Source of the DNA: an uncultured bacterium
Lineage (GTDB): Bacteria; Verrucomicrobiota; Kiritimatiellia; PWTM01
Assembly (NCBI GenBank): GCA_938005705.1
Contig: CALLML010000057.1
Location: forward strand, 1,427-65,426
Reading direction: 5' to 3'
DNA: 64,000 nucleotides
Position numbers and translations under genes: made by a program. A model generated the notes under the pieces. It was not told where the DNA came from. It searched no databases and saw nothing but the letters and a program-made list of their open reading frames with translations. This document shows, in pieces, positions 37,193 through 53,354 of this stretch (positions are counted from its first letter, which is position 1; each line of letters opens with the position of its first letter).

Positions 37193-39331
37193 TCAACGAT
37201 GCAATATTCGCGCCCACAAGGACTCCGGCGCCTCCTCGAAGCACCGCGGCTCCATCGCGCAGGTGGCTCGCCCCTTGGATAAAGATCGCAGCCGCGTCGC
37301 GTAGCCAAAAAGCTCCATCAGTGGCGCATCCGCCCGGACAATCTGGGCGTCCTCGCGCGCCTCCATTTCCCGCACGCGCGCGCGCCGGGTATTTAGATCA
37401 TTCAAAATGTCGCCGAGGTGTTCGTTGGGCGTAATGATTTCCAGAGCCATTACGGGTTCAAGAATCGCCGGCTTTGCCGCTTTTAGCGCCTCACGCAGCG
37501 CCAGCGTCGCCGCCGTGCGAAACGCCACATCGTTGGATTCGGTCGGGTGAAACTCTGACGCTGTAACGCGCACGGCAACATCCATCACGGCGAACCCGCC
37601 GAGGACGCCCGCCGAAAGTCCGTCGCGCAGACCTTCTTCCACGGGCCCGCGGAACTCCGCAGGCAGCACCTCCGGACCGACTGTGATTTCAATATCGTTA
37701 CCGGCGCCCCGCTCGCGGGGTGCCACGGCCACGTGAAGGCGCGCGAAGCGAAGTCGGCCGCCGATCTCACGTCGAAACACGTGTTCCGCTTCTGCAGGCT
37801 CCCGGATCGTCTCCCGGAACGAGACCATCGGGCGGCCCGCGTTGGCCTGGACTTTAAACTCGCGGAAGATGCGGTCCGTCGCGATCTCGAGATGCAGTTC
37901 CCCCATTCCACTAATGATCGTCTGGCCGGTTTCCGTGTCTACCCGGACCCGAAAGGTCGGATCTTCATCGGCCAGCGCCCGCAGGGCAGCCTCGAGCCCG
38001 GCGCGATCCGCGGCGCTCTTCGGCTCGACCGCCATGGCGATGACGGGTTCGGGAAACGCGATCGCTTCGAGCAGCAGCGGCTGATTCTCCGTACAAAGCG
38101 TGTCGCCGGTCGTGGCCCCACGCACACCGACAATCCCCCCGATTTCACCCGCGTATAGCGCCTCTACATCGCGCCGCTGGTTTGCATGGATTTCCAGGAG
38201 CCGGGCGACTCGCTCGCGCGACCGCGCACGGGGATTCCAGACATTCGCGCCCTTCCGCAACACGCCAGAATAGACGCGCGTGAACAGCATCTTGCCGAAA
38301 AAGGGATCGTGCGACACCTTAAACACGAGCGCACTCAGCGGTTCACGCTCATCGGGGCGTCGCTGAACCTCGGCGCCGGTCTTCGGATGGGTTCCCGTGA
38401 CGGGAGGCACATCGGCCGGCGAGGGCAGAAAATCGACGATCGCGTCCAGCAATGGCTGGATGCCCTTGTTTCGTAAAGCCGATCCACACAGCAACGGAAC
38501 CAGGCGGTTGGCTACAGTCGCCTCGCGGATGCCGGCCATCAATACATCCACCGGCACATCGGGCGAATTCAAGAAGGCGTTAAGCACGGTCTCGCTCTGT
38601 TCGGCCACGGCTTCGACAAGGGCGGCGCGAGCGGCCTCCGCCGCCGCACGCAGATGATCCGGCAGCGGCCCGTGGAACACGCGGGCCCCCTGGTCTTCCT
38701 CGGAAAACGTCAGCGTGTCCATTCGGAGGAGGTCCACCACGCCCCGGAACGTATCCCCCTCGCCGATCGGCAGCTGCAGAACCGCCAGGGGGGCTTTCAA
38801 CCGAGCGCGGATATGATCCACTACCCAGGCAAAACGCGCCCCGATCCGATCCATCTTGTTGATGAAAGCAATGCGCGGAACGCCGTAGCTTTGCGCCTGC
38901 CGCCAAACGGTCTCGGACTGGGGCTGGACGCCCGCTACGGCGCAAAAAACGCCGATGGCGCCGTCGAGCACACGCAGCGAGCGCTCCACCTCGGCCGTGA
39001 AATCTACATGACCGGGCGTGTCGATGAGATTGAGCTGGCGATCCCGCCAGAAACAGGTCGTCGCTGCGCTGGTGATCGTGATGCCGCGTTCCTGTTCCTG
39101 CGGCATCCAGTCCATCACCGTGTTGCCGTCGTGCACCTCGCCCATTTTATGGACCCGACCCGTGTAATAGAGGATACGTTCCGAAACCGTCGTCTTGCCC
39201 GCATCAATATGAGCGACGATCCCGAAGTTTCGCACCTGAGCGATGGAACAGCGTCGGCCCGCTGCCTCACCACGGGCGACGGTCGACGCTCCCATCGGGA
39301 TCTGTTCGGAATGTTCCAAGGCGGTAACCAT
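37193..39331 (-). CDS. fusA: Elongation factor G
   Basis: [63 protein letters not shown]...[25 protein letters not shown]. The N-terminus is about 15 aa longer than typical EF-G, so the start is uncertain. Confidence 0.95.
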   Translation of the reverse strand: MVTALEHSEQIPMGASTVARGEAAGRRCSIAQVRNFGIVAHIDAGKTTVSERILYYTGRVHKMGEVHDGNTVMDWMPQEQERGITITSAATTCFWRDRQLNLIDTPGHVDFTAEVERSLRVLDGAIGVFCAVAGVQPQSETVWRQAQSYGVPRIAFINKMDRIGARFAWVVDHIRARLKAPLAVLQLPIGEGDTFRGVVDLLRMDTLTFSEEDQGARVFHGPLPDHLRAAAEAARAALVEAVAEQSETVLNAFLNSPDVPVDVLMAGIREATVANRLVPLLCGSALRNKGIQPLLDAIVDFLPSPADVPPVTGTHPKTGAEVQRRPDEREPLSALVFKVSHDPFFGKMLFTRVYSGVLRKGANVWNPRARSRERVARLLEIHANQRRDVEALYAGEIGGIVGVRGATTGDTLCTENQPLLLEAIAFPEPVIAMAVEPKSAADRAGLEAALRALADEDPTFRVRVDTETGQTIISGMGELHLEIATDRIFREFKVQANAGRPMVSFRETIREPAEAEHVFRREIGGRLRFARLHVAVAPRERGAGNDIEITVGPEVLPAEFRGPVEEGLRDGLSAGVLGGFAVMDVAVRVTASEFHPTESNDVAFRTAATLALREALKAAKPAILEPVMALEIITPNEHLGDILNDLNTRRARVREMEAREDAQIVRADAPLMELFGYATRLRSLSKGRATCAMEPRCFEEAPESLWARILHR

Positions 39332-39349
39332 GAGGCGATAATTGGGTAT

Positions 39350-39820
39350 TTACCAGCGATAATGCGCGAATGCCTTATTGGCTTGCGCCATTTTGTGCGT
39401 ATCTTCCCGTTTCTTCACCGCGGCGCCCTGATTGTTGTAGGCATCCATGATCTCGGTCGCGAGAGCGCGCTCCATCGGCAGACCCTTGCGGGCCCGTGCA
39501 AACTGACGCAGCCACCGCATCGCCAACGCAACCTGACGATCGGGGCTGACTTCGACCGGCACTTGATAGGTCGCGCCGCCGACCCGTCTCGATTTCACCT
39601 CAAGATGAGGACGGATATTGTCGATCGCGCGCTGTAAAGTTTCCAACGGATCGCCCTCAATTTTCTTCGCCACCTGCTTAATCGCGCCGTAAACGATGCG
39701 CTGCGCCACAGATTTTTTGCCGCGATGCATCAACACATTGATCATCCGTCCGACGAGTTCGCTGTTATAGCGCACATCGGGTACAACCGGACGCTTTTCA
39801 GCTCGATGTCTTCGTGCCAT
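39350..39820 (-). CDS. rpsG: 30S ribosomal protein S7
   Basis: MARRHRAEKRPVVPDVRYNSELVGRMINVLMHRGKKSVAQRIVYGA. Confidence 0.97.
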   Translation of the reverse strand: MARRHRAEKRPVVPDVRYNSELVGRMINVLMHRGKKSVAQRIVYGAIKQVAKKIEGDPLETLQRAIDNIRPHLEVKSRRVGGATYQVPVEVSPDRQVALAMRWLRQFARARKGLPMERALATEIMDAYNNQGAAVKKREDTHKMAQANKAFAHYRW

Positions 39821-39826
39821 AGCCGT

Positions 39827-40216
39827 TTATTTCTTTTCAGAGGTTTTCTGGGGGCGTTTGGCCCCGTACTTCGAACGCCCACGCCGACGCGATTCTACAC
39901 CGAGCGCGTCCAGCGTGCCGCGAATGATGTGATACCGCACACCCGGAAGATCTTTGACTCGCCCGCCCCGAACGAGCACCATGCTGTGCTCCTGCAGGTT
40001 ATGGCCTTCGCCCGGGATATAGGCGGTGACCTCATAACCGTTCGTCAGGCGCACGCGTGCAATTTTGCGCAGCGCCGAGTTGGGTTTTTTCGGCGTCATG
40101 GTCTTGACCAAGAGGCACACCCCGCGTCGCTGTGGGCAGCGCGTGAGCGCCGGAGACCGGCCTTTCTTTCGCAGCGGCCTGCGCCCCCGTTTAACGAGTT
40201 GATTGATTGTCGGCAT
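39827..40216 (-). CDS. rpsL: 30S ribosomal protein S12
   Basis: [51 protein letters not shown] is the internal ATG of the track ORF. Confidence 0.95.
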   Translation of the reverse strand: MPTINQLVKRGRRPLRKKGRSPALTRCPQRRGVCLLVKTMTPKKPNSALRKIARVRLTNGYEVTAYIPGEGHNLQEHSMVLVRGGRVKDLPGVRYHIIRGTLDALGVESRRRGRSKYGAKRPQKTSEKK

Positions 40217-40286
40217 GGAATCCCTTTCTTCTATCAGACGCAAAGCTTCAATTATATTCGCCACTTCTGTTTTTGCGCAACTCCAA

Positions 40287-43200
40287 TCATCGCGAGGGCG
40301 ACCGTGGCTCCTCCGCTAGCCGATCGCCCAGCATCTCTTCGATCGAAATGGGTTCCCCCTTGGGAACAACCCGCACATGCCGGTAGCGTGGATACCCTGT
40401 TCCTGCCGGGATCAAGTGGCCGATGATGACATTCTCTTTGAAGCCGCGCAATAGATCGCGGCGACCCAGGGTGGCGGCGTCGGTCAACACACGCGTCGTG
40501 TCCTGGAACGAGGCCGCGGAGATGAAGCTTTCGGTTTCGAGCGCCGCCTTGGTGATGCCCAGCAGCACTGGTTGCGCTTCTGCGGGGCGCTTGCCTTCGG
40601 CCACCGCCTTCCGATTGACTTCCTGAAAATAGTGCCGCTCCACTTGCTCGCCCCAGAGAAATTCCGTATCGCCGGGATTTGTAATCCGGACCTTTCGGAG
40701 CATTTGGCGAACGATGATCTCAATATGCTTGTCGTTGATCTCCACCCCCTGCAAGCGATACACTTGCTGAACCTCATTCAGCAAGTGCTCCTGCAAATCC
40801 TTCGGGCCGCAAACTTCCAGCACCTCCTGGGGAACTACGGGACCCTCTGTCAGTTGCTGCCCCTTATGCACGCGGTCCCCCTGGTAGACGATAATATGCT
40901 TGCCCATCGGGATGAGGTGTTCTTCCTCGTCGCCCGTCACAGGATCTCTCACCACGAGGCGGCGACGTCCCTTGATGGTGCCACCAAATTCAACCACCCC
41001 GTCGATCTTGGCGATCTCGGCGGCGTCTTTCGGCCGTCGCGCCTCGAACAACTCCGCCACGCGGGGCAGGCCGCCGGTGATGTCCTTTGTCCGTATGACT
41101 TTTCGCGGCGTTTTGGCCAGCATCGCGCCCGGCCGCACCTCCGCATTCGCCGATACGGTCACATGCGCGCCCGCCGGAATGGGATAGAAACTCAACACCT
41201 CCTTGGTCTTGGCGTCCCTAATAACGATCTGCGGATGGAGGTTCTCCTTGTGCTCCATCACCACGCGTTCCTCGACGCCCGTCGTCGGGTCCTGTTCGCG
41301 GCGCATAGTGACGCCCTCAATGAAATCCCGGAGTTCGATCACGCCGGCGTGCTCGGACAGAATGGGGACGTTGTACGGATCCCACTTAATGAAGCTCTGT
41401 CCCTTTTTGACCCGGCCGCCGTCGGGAACAGCAATCACAGCACCAATGACCGGTGAATGTCGCTCCAGCTCGCGTCCGGATTCATCATAAATGCCCACCG
41501 ACCCGTTTTTGTTCAACGCGATGTAGGTGCCGTCCTGTGCCCGGACTACCCGTAGATCGGTATATCGAATTATGCCATCGTGCTTAGCGATGATCTGGGG
41601 TTGCTTGAAAACCGAACTCGCCGTGCCGCCGATATGGAAGGTCCGCATGGTCAACTGCGTACCCGGCTCTCCGATGGACTGCGCCGCAATGATGCCAACC
41701 GCTTCGCCCAACGCCACAGGCCGGTTCGTCGCCAGATTGCGACCATAGCAGCGAACACATACGCCCCGCACGGACTCGCACGTCAACACGCTGCGAATGC
41801 GCACCCGCTCAATACCCGCGGCCACCAATGCGGCGGCCGCCACCTCGTCGATCTCCTGCCCTGCCGCCACAATCAAGCGCCCGTCGGGAGCGCGCAGGTC
41901 GTCGAGCGCCGTACGCCCAACCACTCGCTGCGCCAGAGGGACCAGGTCCTCGTCGCCTTCGCAGATCGCCTCGACCTCGATGCCATTCAGCGTGCCACAG
42001 TCTTCTTCGATGATGATGACATCGTGCGCGACGTCCACGAGACGGCGGGTCAGATAACCGGCGTCTGCGGTTTTGAGCGCAGTGTCCGCCAGACCCTTGC
42101 GTGCGCCATGTGTGCTGATGAAGTATTCCAGGACGCTGAGGCCTTCGCGGAAATTCGAGGTGATAGGTCGCTCAATGATCTCGCCCGAAGGCTTCGCCAT
42201 CAGACCGCGCATCCCCGATAACTGGCGGATCTGCTGCCGGCTGCCGCGTGCTCCTGAATCCACCATCATAAAGATTGGATTGAGGTCCGGTTGTGCATAT
42301 GCATGGCCGGTATTGACGGCGTTGAATTCCAGCTCGCGGTAGAGCGCGTTGGAGATTTCCTCGGTGGCATGCGTCCAGATATCCACGATCTTATTGTATC
42401 GCTCGCCGTCGGTGATAACCCCTCGGCGGTATTGTTCCTCCACCATGGCCACCTGCCGGCGAGCGGCGGCGAGCATCTCCTGCTTGGCGGCGGGGATAAT
42501 CATATCCACCATGCCAATCGAAATGCCCCCCCGCGTCGCATATTCGAATCCCATCTCTTTGAGGCGGTCCAGCACCTTCACGGTCTCCGCATGGCCGGCG
42601 ACCTGATAGCAGCGCCAGATCAAATCCGTCAGGTTCTTCTTTTTCACCACCTGGTTCCAGAACCCGAAGGCATCCGGCCAAATCTCATTGAAGAACACCC
42701 GTCCCACCGTCGTTACGATCACCGGCGCGTCCTTGTCGCCGAATTCCGTATTCCGTTGGTAGTCCGGATTGCGCAGGCGGATCCGGTCATGGATACCCAC
42801 GGCGCCCTCGTCATAGGCCGTATGCACCTCGTCGGCATCCGCAAAAATCGGCAGGTGGACGATGGTCTCTGATTTACTCTGCCGCATTCGAATACGGTTT
42901 TCCTGCGAATCCGATGTCATGTAGTAGCAGCCCAGTGCGATATCCTGAGTGGGCGTCGTGATGGGCTTTCCGCTGGAAGGCGAGAAAATATTATTGGGCG
43001 CCAGCATCAGCAGGCGGGACTCCAATTGCGCCTCGACAGAGAGCGGCACATGGACAGCCATCTGATCTCCGTCGAAGTCGGCGTTGTATGCCGTGCAGAC
43101 CAGCGGATGAATCCGAATGGCCTCCCCCTCGATCAACACAGGCTCGAAGGACTGAATGCTCAACCGGTGTAGTGTCGGAGCGCGGTTCAACATGACTGTG

Positions 43201-44468
43201 TGCCCGCGCGTCACTTCATCGAGCACGTCCCAGACCTCCTCCGTCTCACGCTCAATCATCTTCTTGGCGCTGCGCACCGTATGAACGACGCCTCGTTCCT
43301 TCAGCCGCCGAATGATGAACGGCTCGAAGAGCACCAGCGCCATTTTTTTCGGCAGACCGCACTCGTGCATCCGCAGCTCCGGCCCGACGACGATGACGGA
43401 GCGCCCCGAATAATCCACGCGCTTACCCAGCAGGTTCTGGCGGAATCGGCCTTGTTTGCCGCGCAACATGTCGGACAACGATTTGAGAGGGCGGTTGCCG
43501 GCGCCCGTCACGGCGCGCCCGTGGCGTCCATTGTCGAACAATGCATCCACCGCTTCCTGCAACATGCGTTTCTCATTACGGATGATGACATCCGGCGTCT
43601 TCAACTGCAGCAGATTGCGCAGACGATTGTTCCGGTTGATCACCCGGCGATACAGATCATTGAGATCCGAGGTGGCGAAGCGCCCGCCCTCCAGCGGCAC
43701 AAGCGGCCGTAAGTCGGGCGGAATCACCGGAAGCACTTCCAAAACCATCCACTCGGGCCGGGTTCCGCTCGAGCGAAAGCCCTCCAGGAGCTTGATGCGC
43801 TTGGTCAGTTTTTTGCGATTCTGTTTACTGCGCGTAGCTTCCATTTCCTCCTCAAGGCGCGCAATATCCCGGTCCAAATCGATCGCTTTAAGGAGGTCCC
43901 GGATGGCCTCGGCCCCCATTTTCGCGACGAAGACATCCCCGTACTGAGCCTGCGCCTCCCGATATTCCTGTTCACTGAGCAGTTGCCGTTCCTTCAAGGG
44001 CGTATCGCCAGGATCAATAACAATATAATCCTCATAATAGAGGACGCGTTCGAGCGCACGCAGGGTCAGGTCCAGCACCAGACCCATACGGCTGGGCGTG
44101 CATTTATAAAACCAGATGTGCGAAACGGGCACCGCCAGCTCGATGTGCCCCATGCGCTCCCGTCGAACCCTGGACTGCGTCACCTCCACGCCACAGCGAT
44201 CGCAAATGACATTTTTATACTTGATGCGCTTGTACTTTCCGCAACTGCATTCCCAATCCTTCGTCGGGCCAAAAATACGTTCACAAAACAGACCGCCCTT
44301 TTCGGGCTTAAATGTTCGGTAATTAATCGTTTCCGGGTTTTTCACCTCACCGTGGCTCCAGGAACGGATCGTCTCCGGCGACGCCAGCGCGATGCCAACG
44401 GAATCAAACCCGTCCGCAGGGGCGAGCCCCAGAACCTGAGCGGCTGTACTTGTATCGGCCATGATCAC
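40287..44468 (-). CDS. rpoC: DNA-directed RNA polymerase beta' subunit
   Basis: 1393 aa. Contains [16 protein letters not shown], the Zn finger [37 protein letters not shown] (the catalytic DFDGD) and [26 protein letters not shown]. Confidence 0.98.
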   Translation of the reverse strand: MIMADTSTAAQVLGLAPADGFDSVGIALASPETIRSWSHGEVKNPETINYRTFKPEKGGLFCERIFGPTKDWECSCGKYKRIKYKNVICDRCGVEVTQSRVRRERMGHIELAVPVSHIWFYKCTPSRMGLVLDLTLRALERVLYYEDYIVIDPGDTPLKERQLLSEQEYREAQAQYGDVFVAKMGAEAIRDLLKAIDLDRDIARLEEEMEATRSKQNRKKLTKRIKLLEGFRSSGTRPEWMVLEVLPVIPPDLRPLVPLEGGRFATSDLNDLYRRVINRNNRLRNLLQLKTPDVIIRNEKRMLQEAVDALFDNGRHGRAVTGAGNRPLKSLSDMLRGKQGRFRQNLLGKRVDYSGRSVIVVGPELRMHECGLPKKMALVLFEPFIIRRLKERGVVHTVRSAKKMIERETEEVWDVLDEVTRGHTVMLNRAPTLHRLSIQSFEPVLIEGEAIRIHPLVCTAYNADFDGDQMAVHVPLSVEAQLESRLLMLAPNNIFSPSSGKPITTPTQDIALGCYYMTSDSQENRIRMRQSKSETIVHLPIFADADEVHTAYDEGAVGIHDRIRLRNPDYQRNTEFGDKDAPVIVTTVGRVFFNEIWPDAFGFWNQVVKKKNLTDLIWRCYQVAGHAETVKVLDRLKEMGFEYATRGGISIGMVDMIIPAAKQEMLAAARRQVAMVEEQYRRGVITDGERYNKIVDIWTHATEEISNALYRELEFNAVNTGHAYAQPDLNPIFMMVDSGARGSRQQIRQLSGMRGLMAKPSGEIIERPITSNFREGLSVLEYFISTHGARKGLADTALKTADAGYLTRRLVDVAHDVIIIEEDCGTLNGIEVEAICEGDEDLVPLAQRVVGRTALDDLRAPDGRLIVAAGQEIDEVAAAALVAAGIERVRIRSVLTCESVRGVCVRCYGRNLATNRPVALGEAVGIIAAQSIGEPGTQLTMRTFHIGGTASSVFKQPQIIAKHDGIIRYTDLRVVRAQDGTYIALNKNGSVGIYDESGRELERHSPVIGAVIAVPDGGRVKKGQSFIKWDPYNVPILSEHAGVIELRDFIEGVTMRREQDPTTGVEERVVMEHKENLHPQIVIRDAKTKEVLSFYPIPAGAHVTVSANAEVRPGAMLAKTPRKVIRTKDITGGLPRVAELFEARRPKDAAEIAKIDGVVEFGGTIKGRRRLVVRDPVTGDEEEHLIPMGKHIIVYQGDRVHKGQQLTEGPVVPQEVLEVCGPKDLQEHLLNEVQQVYRLQGVEINDKHIEIIVRQMLRKVRITNPGDTEFLWGEQVERHYFQEVNRKAVAEGKRPAEAQPVLLGITKAALETESFISAASFQDTTRVLTDAATLGRRDLLRGFKENVIIGHLIPAGTGYPRYRHVRVVPKGEPISIEEMLGDRLAEEPRSPSR

Positions 44469-44494
44469 TCCTCAAATGCCCGTCACGTTTCCCC

Positions 44495-48256
<3,762 letters not shown>

Positions 48257-48336
48257 CCTTTCGGTAAGAATCCCGAAAAGAACACCCCCTAGCGCCCAAC
48301 TTCGGCACCAGGCCCTCTCGCATTATCGTCGCCTTA

Positions 48337-48738
48337 TCACTTGATTTCGACCTTGGCCCCGGCGGCCTCCAGTTTCGCCTTGATTTCTTCGGCCTCTTTC
48401 TTGCTTACGCCTTCCTTGATCGTCTTCGGAGCGCCGTCCACCAAGTCCTTCGCCTCTTTGAGGCCCAAGTTGGTCAATGCGCGGAGCTCCTTGATCACTT
48501 GGATCTTCTGCGCGCCCGCCGCAGCCAGCACCACGGTGAATTCGGTCTTTTCCTCTGTCGCCGCGGCCGCCGGCGCACCGCCCGCAGCCGGCGCGGCCAC
48601 CGCCACGGGCGCCGCCGCCGTGACGCCGAGTCGCTCCTCCAAGACCTTCACGAGTTTCGAAAGTTCGAGGACGCTGATCCCCTCGATCCATGAAACGAAC
48701 TCGGCCATTTTCCCTTCTAACTGCACAGTTTCCGCCAT
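48337..48738 (-). CDS. rplL: 50S ribosomal protein L7/L12
   Basis: ...[34 protein letters not shown]...[69 protein letters not shown]. The canonical start is probably the internal ATG at 48708 ([10 protein letters not shown]). Confidence 0.95.
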   Translation of the reverse strand: MAETVQLEGKMAEFVSWIEGISVLELSKLVKVLEERLGVTAAAPVAVAAPAAGGAPAAAATEEKTEFTVVLAAAGAQKIQVIKELRALTNLGLKEAKDLVDGAPKTIKEGVSKKEAEEIKAKLEAAGAKVEIK

Positions 48739-48814
48739 ATTCCTGCTCCTTACTGATTTACGCTATGGCAGGTTCGACCTGCCCTGTTCAACCCTCGCGG
48801 CGTCACCGGCCGCT

Positions 48815-49363
48815 TCACGCAGCCGAGGACGATTCCGCTTTTTTCTTTTCCACTGCTTTCAACACATACAAAAGGCTGGTCAGTTTCGCCTGCAGCGTGC
48901 CCGCCAACGCGCGCAGCGGCGCGGCCAGCGCGCCGACCAACTGCGCCTGCAACACGGGCTTCGACGGCAACGCCGCCAGTGCTTGGATTTCCGCCGCGGA
49001 AATGGGCCGCCCTTCCAATACGCCCCCTTTCGCAGCGATCATCTGTGTTTCTTTTCCAAACTGTGCGATTACCCGCGCCGCCTCAGCCGCATCCCCCGAT
49101 CCGGCGATCATAGCCGTGGGGCCGTGGAGAGCGGGTTTCAGTGCCGCCGCCGGCAGACCGTTCACCGCTTGGAGAAACAGGCGGTTCGGCACCACCCGAA
49201 CCCGCGCTCTCGTCGTGCGAAGCCGGCGCCGTAGCTCCGTTATGCGATCCACGGCGAGTCCCCGGTTCTCCGCAAGAAACACGAAAGAGGATCCTTCCAC
49301 ATCCCGGCGAATCTCCTCGACGATCGCCTCCTTTTCCGGCCGATAGGTTTTGTTCGTCTTCAT
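48815..49363 (-). CDS. rplJ: 50S ribosomal protein L10
   Basis: MKTNKTYRPEKEAIVEEIRRDVEGSSFVFLAENRGLAVDRITELRRRLR from the internal ATG. The track ORF start (49441) would overlap rplA. Confidence 0.92.
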   Translation of the reverse strand: MKTNKTYRPEKEAIVEEIRRDVEGSSFVFLAENRGLAVDRITELRRRLRTTRARVRVVPNRLFLQAVNGLPAAALKPALHGPTAMIAGSGDAAEAARVIAQFGKETQMIAAKGGVLEGRPISAAEIQALAALPSKPVLQAQLVGALAAPLRALAGTLQAKLTSLLYVLKAVEKKKAESSSAA

Positions 49364-49377
49364 CGTCGCCTTTCCGC

Positions 49378-50079
49378 TCACGCCATCACATCTCGCACTG
49401 TCAAGTGCAAGCCCGGCCCCATCGTCGAACACATCGTGCATCGCTTGATGTAGACGCCCTTCGCTGACGGGGGCCGCGCGGCCCGCACAGCGTCAATGAC
49501 CGCCTGCGCGTTCGCCACGATCGCCTCCGATGTGAACGACGCCTTGCCAATCGGCACCATCACATTGCCGTTGCGATCCATTCGGAACTCCACGCGACCA
49601 GCCTTGAATTGTTTAACTGCCGAGGCCGTATCCGTTGTGACGGTTCCAGTTTTTGGATTTGGCATCAACCCCCGCGGCCCGAGGACCTTACCGAGTTTGC
49701 GGACCTCCTTCATCGCATCTGGCGTGGCGATCGCCACATCGAAATCGGTCCAGCCTCCCTGCACCTTCGCCACGAGATCCAAAAAACCGACTTCGTCCGC
49801 GCCGGCCTCGCGCGCCGCGTCTGCCGCGGGACCATCCGCAAAAACGATGACGCGGATTTTCTTGCCGGTGCCGTGGGGAAGCCCCACCGTCCCGCGGACG
49901 CTCTGATCCGATTTGGACGGATCCACGCCCAGCCTGAAGGCCAGTTCGATCGTTTCGTCGAAACGGGCCATCGGATGCGCCTTAATGAACGCCGTGGCTT
50001 CCTCCAACGTATAGGAACGGGCGCGGTCGATTTCCGCGGCCGCTCGCCGATATTTCTTGCCGTGTGTCGCCATAATCAC
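49378..50079 (-). CDS. rplA: 50S ribosomal protein L1
   Basis: [49 protein letters not shown]. Confidence 0.95.
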   Translation of the reverse strand: MIMATHGKKYRRAAAEIDRARSYTLEEATAFIKAHPMARFDETIELAFRLGVDPSKSDQSVRGTVGLPHGTGKKIRVIVFADGPAADAAREAGADEVGFLDLVAKVQGGWTDFDVAIATPDAMKEVRKLGKVLGPRGLMPNPKTGTVTTDTASAVKQFKAGRVEFRMDRNGNVMVPIGKASFTSEAIVANAQAVIDAVRAARPPSAKGVYIKRCTMCSTMGPGLHLTVRDVMA

Positions 50080-50498
50080 ACCACCTCAATGCCCATGCTG
50101 CGGGCGGTTCCCTCGATAATCCGGACCGCCTGCGCCAGATCGGACGCGTTGAGATCTTTCTGTTTCGCCTTGGCGATCTCCTCGACCTGTGCGCGCGTGA
50201 CCTTGCCCACCTTTTCCCGGTTCGGCGTCGGCGATCCCTTGGCGATGCCCGCGGCTTTTTTGAGGAGCACGGCCGCCGGCGGACTCTTGGTGATAAACGT
50301 GAACGACTTGTCCTGATACACGGTGATCACCACCGGGATCATCAGTCCCGCTTGACTCTGGGTAGCCGCGTTGAACTCCTTGCAAAACTGCATGATATTC
50401 ACGCCCTGCTGGCCCAGCGCAGGGCCCACCGGCGGTGCCGGATTCGCCTGGCCGGCGGGTATTTGCAGCCGAATCACGCCTGTAACTTTTTTCGCCAT
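50076..50498 (-). CDS. rplK: 50S ribosomal protein L11
   Basis: [44 protein letters not shown]. Confidence 0.97.
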   Translation of the reverse strand: MAKKVTGVIRLQIPAGQANPAPPVGPALGQQGVNIMQFCKEFNAATQSQAGLMIPVVITVYQDKSFTFITKSPPAAVLLKKAAGIAKGSPTPNREKVGKVTRAQVEEIAKAKQKDLNASDLAQAVRIIEGTARSMGIEVV

Positions 50499-50519
50499 GG
50501 TCCGTTCACCCCTTGGGGA

Positions 50520-51068
50520 TCATCCCCTCTCCACTTGCGAGTACTCGAGTTCCACGGGGGCCGAGCGGCCGAAAATCGAAACCGAAACCTTCAGCTTGCC
50601 GTGTTCGGGATCCACTTCCTCCACCACCCCGCTGAAATTTTGAAATGGCCCTTCCGTGATCGTCACAGTCTCACCGGGTTCGAAAGTCACCTTCGGCCGC
50701 ACCTTATCCTTCTTTTCCTCCACCTGCCGGAGAATCACCTCGACTTCTTCCGGTCGCAACGGCACGGGACGGTCGCCGCCGATAAAACCGATCACCCCCT
50801 GGGTCTCGTGAATGAAATACCAAACCCGTTCGTTGATCGTTTTCTGGTCGGTATAAAGGGCCAAGTTCACCAACACGTAGCCGGGAAAGAACTTTTTCAC
50901 CGTCGTCGTTCGGCGATGACTTTTTGTTTCCGCCACCTTCTCGGTCGGCACCAGCACCTCGCCCACCCATTCACCCATTTCTTCCAGACGGGCCCGGCGT
51001 TCGAGGCTCTCCTTTACCCGGTTTTCCTGGCCGGACAGGGTATGTAAAACAAACCACTGTTTTTCCAT
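50520..51068 (-). CDS. nusG: Transcription termination/antitermination factor NusG
   Basis: MEKQWFVLHTLSGQENRVKESLERRARLEEMGEWVGEVLVPTE...KVTFEPGETVTITEGPFQNFSGVVEEV has the NGN and KOW domains. The start is set to the internal ATG. Confidence 0.93.
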   Translation of the reverse strand: MEKQWFVLHTLSGQENRVKESLERRARLEEMGEWVGEVLVPTEKVAETKSHRRTTTVKKFFPGYVLVNLALYTDQKTINERVWYFIHETQGVIGFIGGDRPVPLRPEEVEVILRQVEEKKDKVRPKVTFEPGETVTITEGPFQNFSGVVEEVDPEHGKLKVSVSIFGRSAPVELEYSQVERG

Positions 51069-51137
51069 GTTTCTGTGCCCCGTCTGCGCGATGCGCGCCC
51101 TCTGCAATCGGCCGCACGCATCACGAATCCTCGGCTC

Positions 51138-51341
51138 CTAACGCAAGATCACCCGCAACAGCCCCAGCAGCACGGCATCACACGCCCCCACATAAGCCGC
51201 CATCAATACCATCGACACAATGACCACCAGCGTGGACTCCAGCAGCTCGGAGCGCGTGGGCCACGCGCACTTCTTCAATTCGGCATAGACCTCGCCGACA
51301 AACTCACGCACACGCGCCACCCGCGCCCTAATCCTGTTCAT
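51138..51341 (-). CDS. secE: Preprotein translocase SecE
   Basis: 67 aa. FVGEVYAELKKCAWPTRSELLESTLVVIVSMVLMAAYVGACDAVL is a single C-terminal TM segment. Confidence 0.85.
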   Translation of the reverse strand: MNRIRARVARVREFVGEVYAELKKCAWPTRSELLESTLVVIVSMVLMAAYVGACDAVLLGLLRVILR

Positions 51342-51368
51342 ACGCTCGTCCTCGTTCTCCCGGACTCA

Positions 51369-51443
51369 TGGCAGGCCAGGAGGGACTTGAACCCCCAACA
51401 ACCGGTTTTGGAGACCGGTGCTCTGCCAATTGAGCTACTGGCC
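51369..51443 (-). tRNA. trpT: tRNA-Trp (anticodon CCA), 3' CCA encoded
   Basis: Minus-strand sequence AGGCCAGTAGCTCAATTGGCAGAGCACCGGTCTCCAAAACCGGTTGTTGGGGGTTCAAGTCCCTCCTGGCCTGCCA. The cloverleaf was checked by hand. Acceptor is AGGCCAG/CTGGCCT. The anticodon loop CTCCAAA gives CCA. It sits in the canonical tuf / tRNA-Trp / secE position. Confidence 0.9.
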
Positions 51444-51462
51444 TGTCCCTTTGGGCACGCGA

Positions 51463-51615
51463 TCACTTGACCTCGCGGTGGACCGTATGCCGACGGTCGA
51501 ACCGGCAGTATTTCCGCAGCTCAAGCCGTTCGGTTTTCGTTTTCTTATTCTTCGTCGTCGTGTAGTTGCGCCGTTTGCACTCCTGACACGCCAACGTAAT
51601 GATTTCCCGGGGCAT
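51463..51615 (-). CDS. rpmG: 50S ribosomal protein L33
   Basis: Manual translation gives [50 protein letters not shown] (50 aa). It has the L33 fold pattern and the canonical location between tuf and tRNA-Trp. It is below the 60-aa ORF-track cutoff. Confidence 0.85.
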   Translation of the reverse strand: MPREIITLACQECKRRNYTTTKNKKTKTERLELRKYCRFDRRHTVHREVK

Positions 51616-51701
51616 GCTCTCAGTCCCCCCCTCCGGCCGGCGCCCTCGGCATGCCGGCGACGCGGCCCGCCGCCGAACGCCTCGAGGCCCGTCAGCCCGG
51701 T

Positions 51702-52910
51702 TCAGGCAATAATTTCTGTGACTCGGCCGGCACCCACCGTGCGCCCGCCCTCACGAATCGCGAACCGCACATACTTCTCCATGGCAATCGGCGTAATCAG
51801 CTCGACTTCCATGCTGACATTGTCGCCCGGCATGACCATTTCGACGCCTTCCGGCAGCGTGATATCGCCGGTGACATCCGTCGTACGGAAGTAAAACTGC
51901 GGGCGATAGCCCTTGAAGAACGGCGTATGCCGCCCGCCTTCTTCCTTGTTCAGCACATACACTTCCGCCTTGAACTTCTTGTGCGGCGTGATCGTGCCCG
52001 GCTTGGCCAGCACCTGCCCGCGCTCAACGTCCTCTTTCTTCGTACCCCGCAAAAGACAACCGATGTTGTCGCCCGCTTGCCCCTGATCGAGCAGTTTGCG
52101 AAACATCTCGACGCCGGTCACCGTCGTCTTCTGCGTGTCGCGCAGGCCGACAATCTCAACTTCATCGCCAACCTTGATGACACCACGCTCGACACGGCCC
52201 GTGACGACCGTGCCACGACCTTCAATGGAAAACACATCCTCGATAGGCATCAGGAACGGCTGATCAATGGGCCGCTCGGGCTCCTTGATGTAATTGTCTA
52301 ACGCGTCCATCAGCTCCTGGATGCATTTGGCCTCCGGCGCATCCGGCGAGGACGCCTGGACGGCGGCCAGTGCCGAACCACGGATGATGGGTGTCTCGTC
52401 GCCCGGAAAATCATACTTCGACAGAAGCTCTCGGATCTCCAGCTCCACGAGATCGAGCAGCTCCGGGTCGTCCACCGTGTCCACCTTGTTCAAAAACACC
52501 ACGATCGTTGGTACGCCGACCTGACGGGCCAGCAGGATGTGTTCTCGCGTCTGCGGCATCGGACCATCAGCCGCGCTGACGACCAGAATCGCGCCATCCA
52601 TCTGCGCCGCACCGGTAATCATGTTCTTGACATAGTCCGCATGGCCGGGACAGTCCACATGCGCATAGTGCCGCTTCTCGCTCTGATACTCGACGTGGGA
52701 CGTCGCGATCGTCAGAATCTTCGTCGCGTCGCGCCGACCCTGCGACTCTGAGGCCTTCGCCACTTCGTCATAGCTGACGTAGTTTGATAAGCCCTTCAAA
52801 GACTGCACCTTCGTGATCGCCGCTGTCAGCGTTGTCTTGCCGTGGTCCACGTGACCGATCGTGCCGACGTTCACGTGGGGTTTGGTCCGTTCGAATTTTT
52901 CTTTCGCCAT
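51702..52910 (-). CDS. tuf: Elongation factor Tu (only tuf copy in the window; none follows fusA)
   Basis: [35 protein letters not shown]...[49 protein letters not shown]. Confidence 0.98.
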   Translation of the reverse strand: MAKEKFERTKPHVNVGTIGHVDHGKTTLTAAITKVQSLKGLSNYVSYDEVAKASESQGRRDATKILTIATSHVEYQSEKRHYAHVDCPGHADYVKNMITGAAQMDGAILVVSAADGPMPQTREHILLARQVGVPTIVVFLNKVDTVDDPELLDLVELEIRELLSKYDFPGDETPIIRGSALAAVQASSPDAPEAKCIQELMDALDNYIKEPERPIDQPFLMPIEDVFSIEGRGTVVTGRVERGVIKVGDEVEIVGLRDTQKTTVTGVEMFRKLLDQGQAGDNIGCLLRGTKKEDVERGQVLAKPGTITPHKKFKAEVYVLNKEEGGRHTPFFKGYRPQFYFRTTDVTGDITLPEGVEMVMPGDNVSMEVELITPIAMEKYVRFAIREGGRTVGAGRVTEIIA

Positions 52911-52980
52911 GACTTTTTCTCCTCGCTGCTAACTGTCTAGCCTGATGATTTACAGCTGTTACGCGGCACTCCACCGTCGG

Positions 52981-53053
52981 AGCCCACGAGCGGGATTGAA
53001 CCGCTGACCTCGTCCTTACCAAGGACGTGCTCTACCAACTGAGCTACGTGGGC
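52981..53053 (-). tRNA. tRNA-Thr (anticodon GGT)
   Basis: GCCCACGTAGCTCAGTTGGTAGAGCACGTCCTTGGTAAGGACGAGGTCAGCGGTTCAATCCCGCTCGTGGGCT. Acceptor is GCCCACG/CGTGGGC. The anticodon loop TTGGTAA gives GGT. CCA is not encoded. It lies immediately upstream of tuf, as in thrT-tufB arrangements. Confidence 0.9.
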
Positions 53054-53354
53054 CGCCTCCGTTGACGGCAGCCCGATCGCCGCCCCCTGCCTGTCCGTCG
53101 TTCATCATTTCCTAATGAAAAAAGACAAACAATCCCCTCCTGCTCTCCGCCCGTTTCCGACTTAGAGCAGTGGAAACTTCGCTGATGTATCGTCTCGATT
53201 TTGATTCGCTTCCGTCCCAAGGATGCGCCTTGAAACGAATAAGCAAATCCATACCATGAACGAATACGCGTTTAACGTCAACAAGTTTTTTAATTTTTTT
53301 TCTTACGGTAACCTCACCAGGATAGCCGCTCGTGGACCGGCCGGCGATGTTCTT

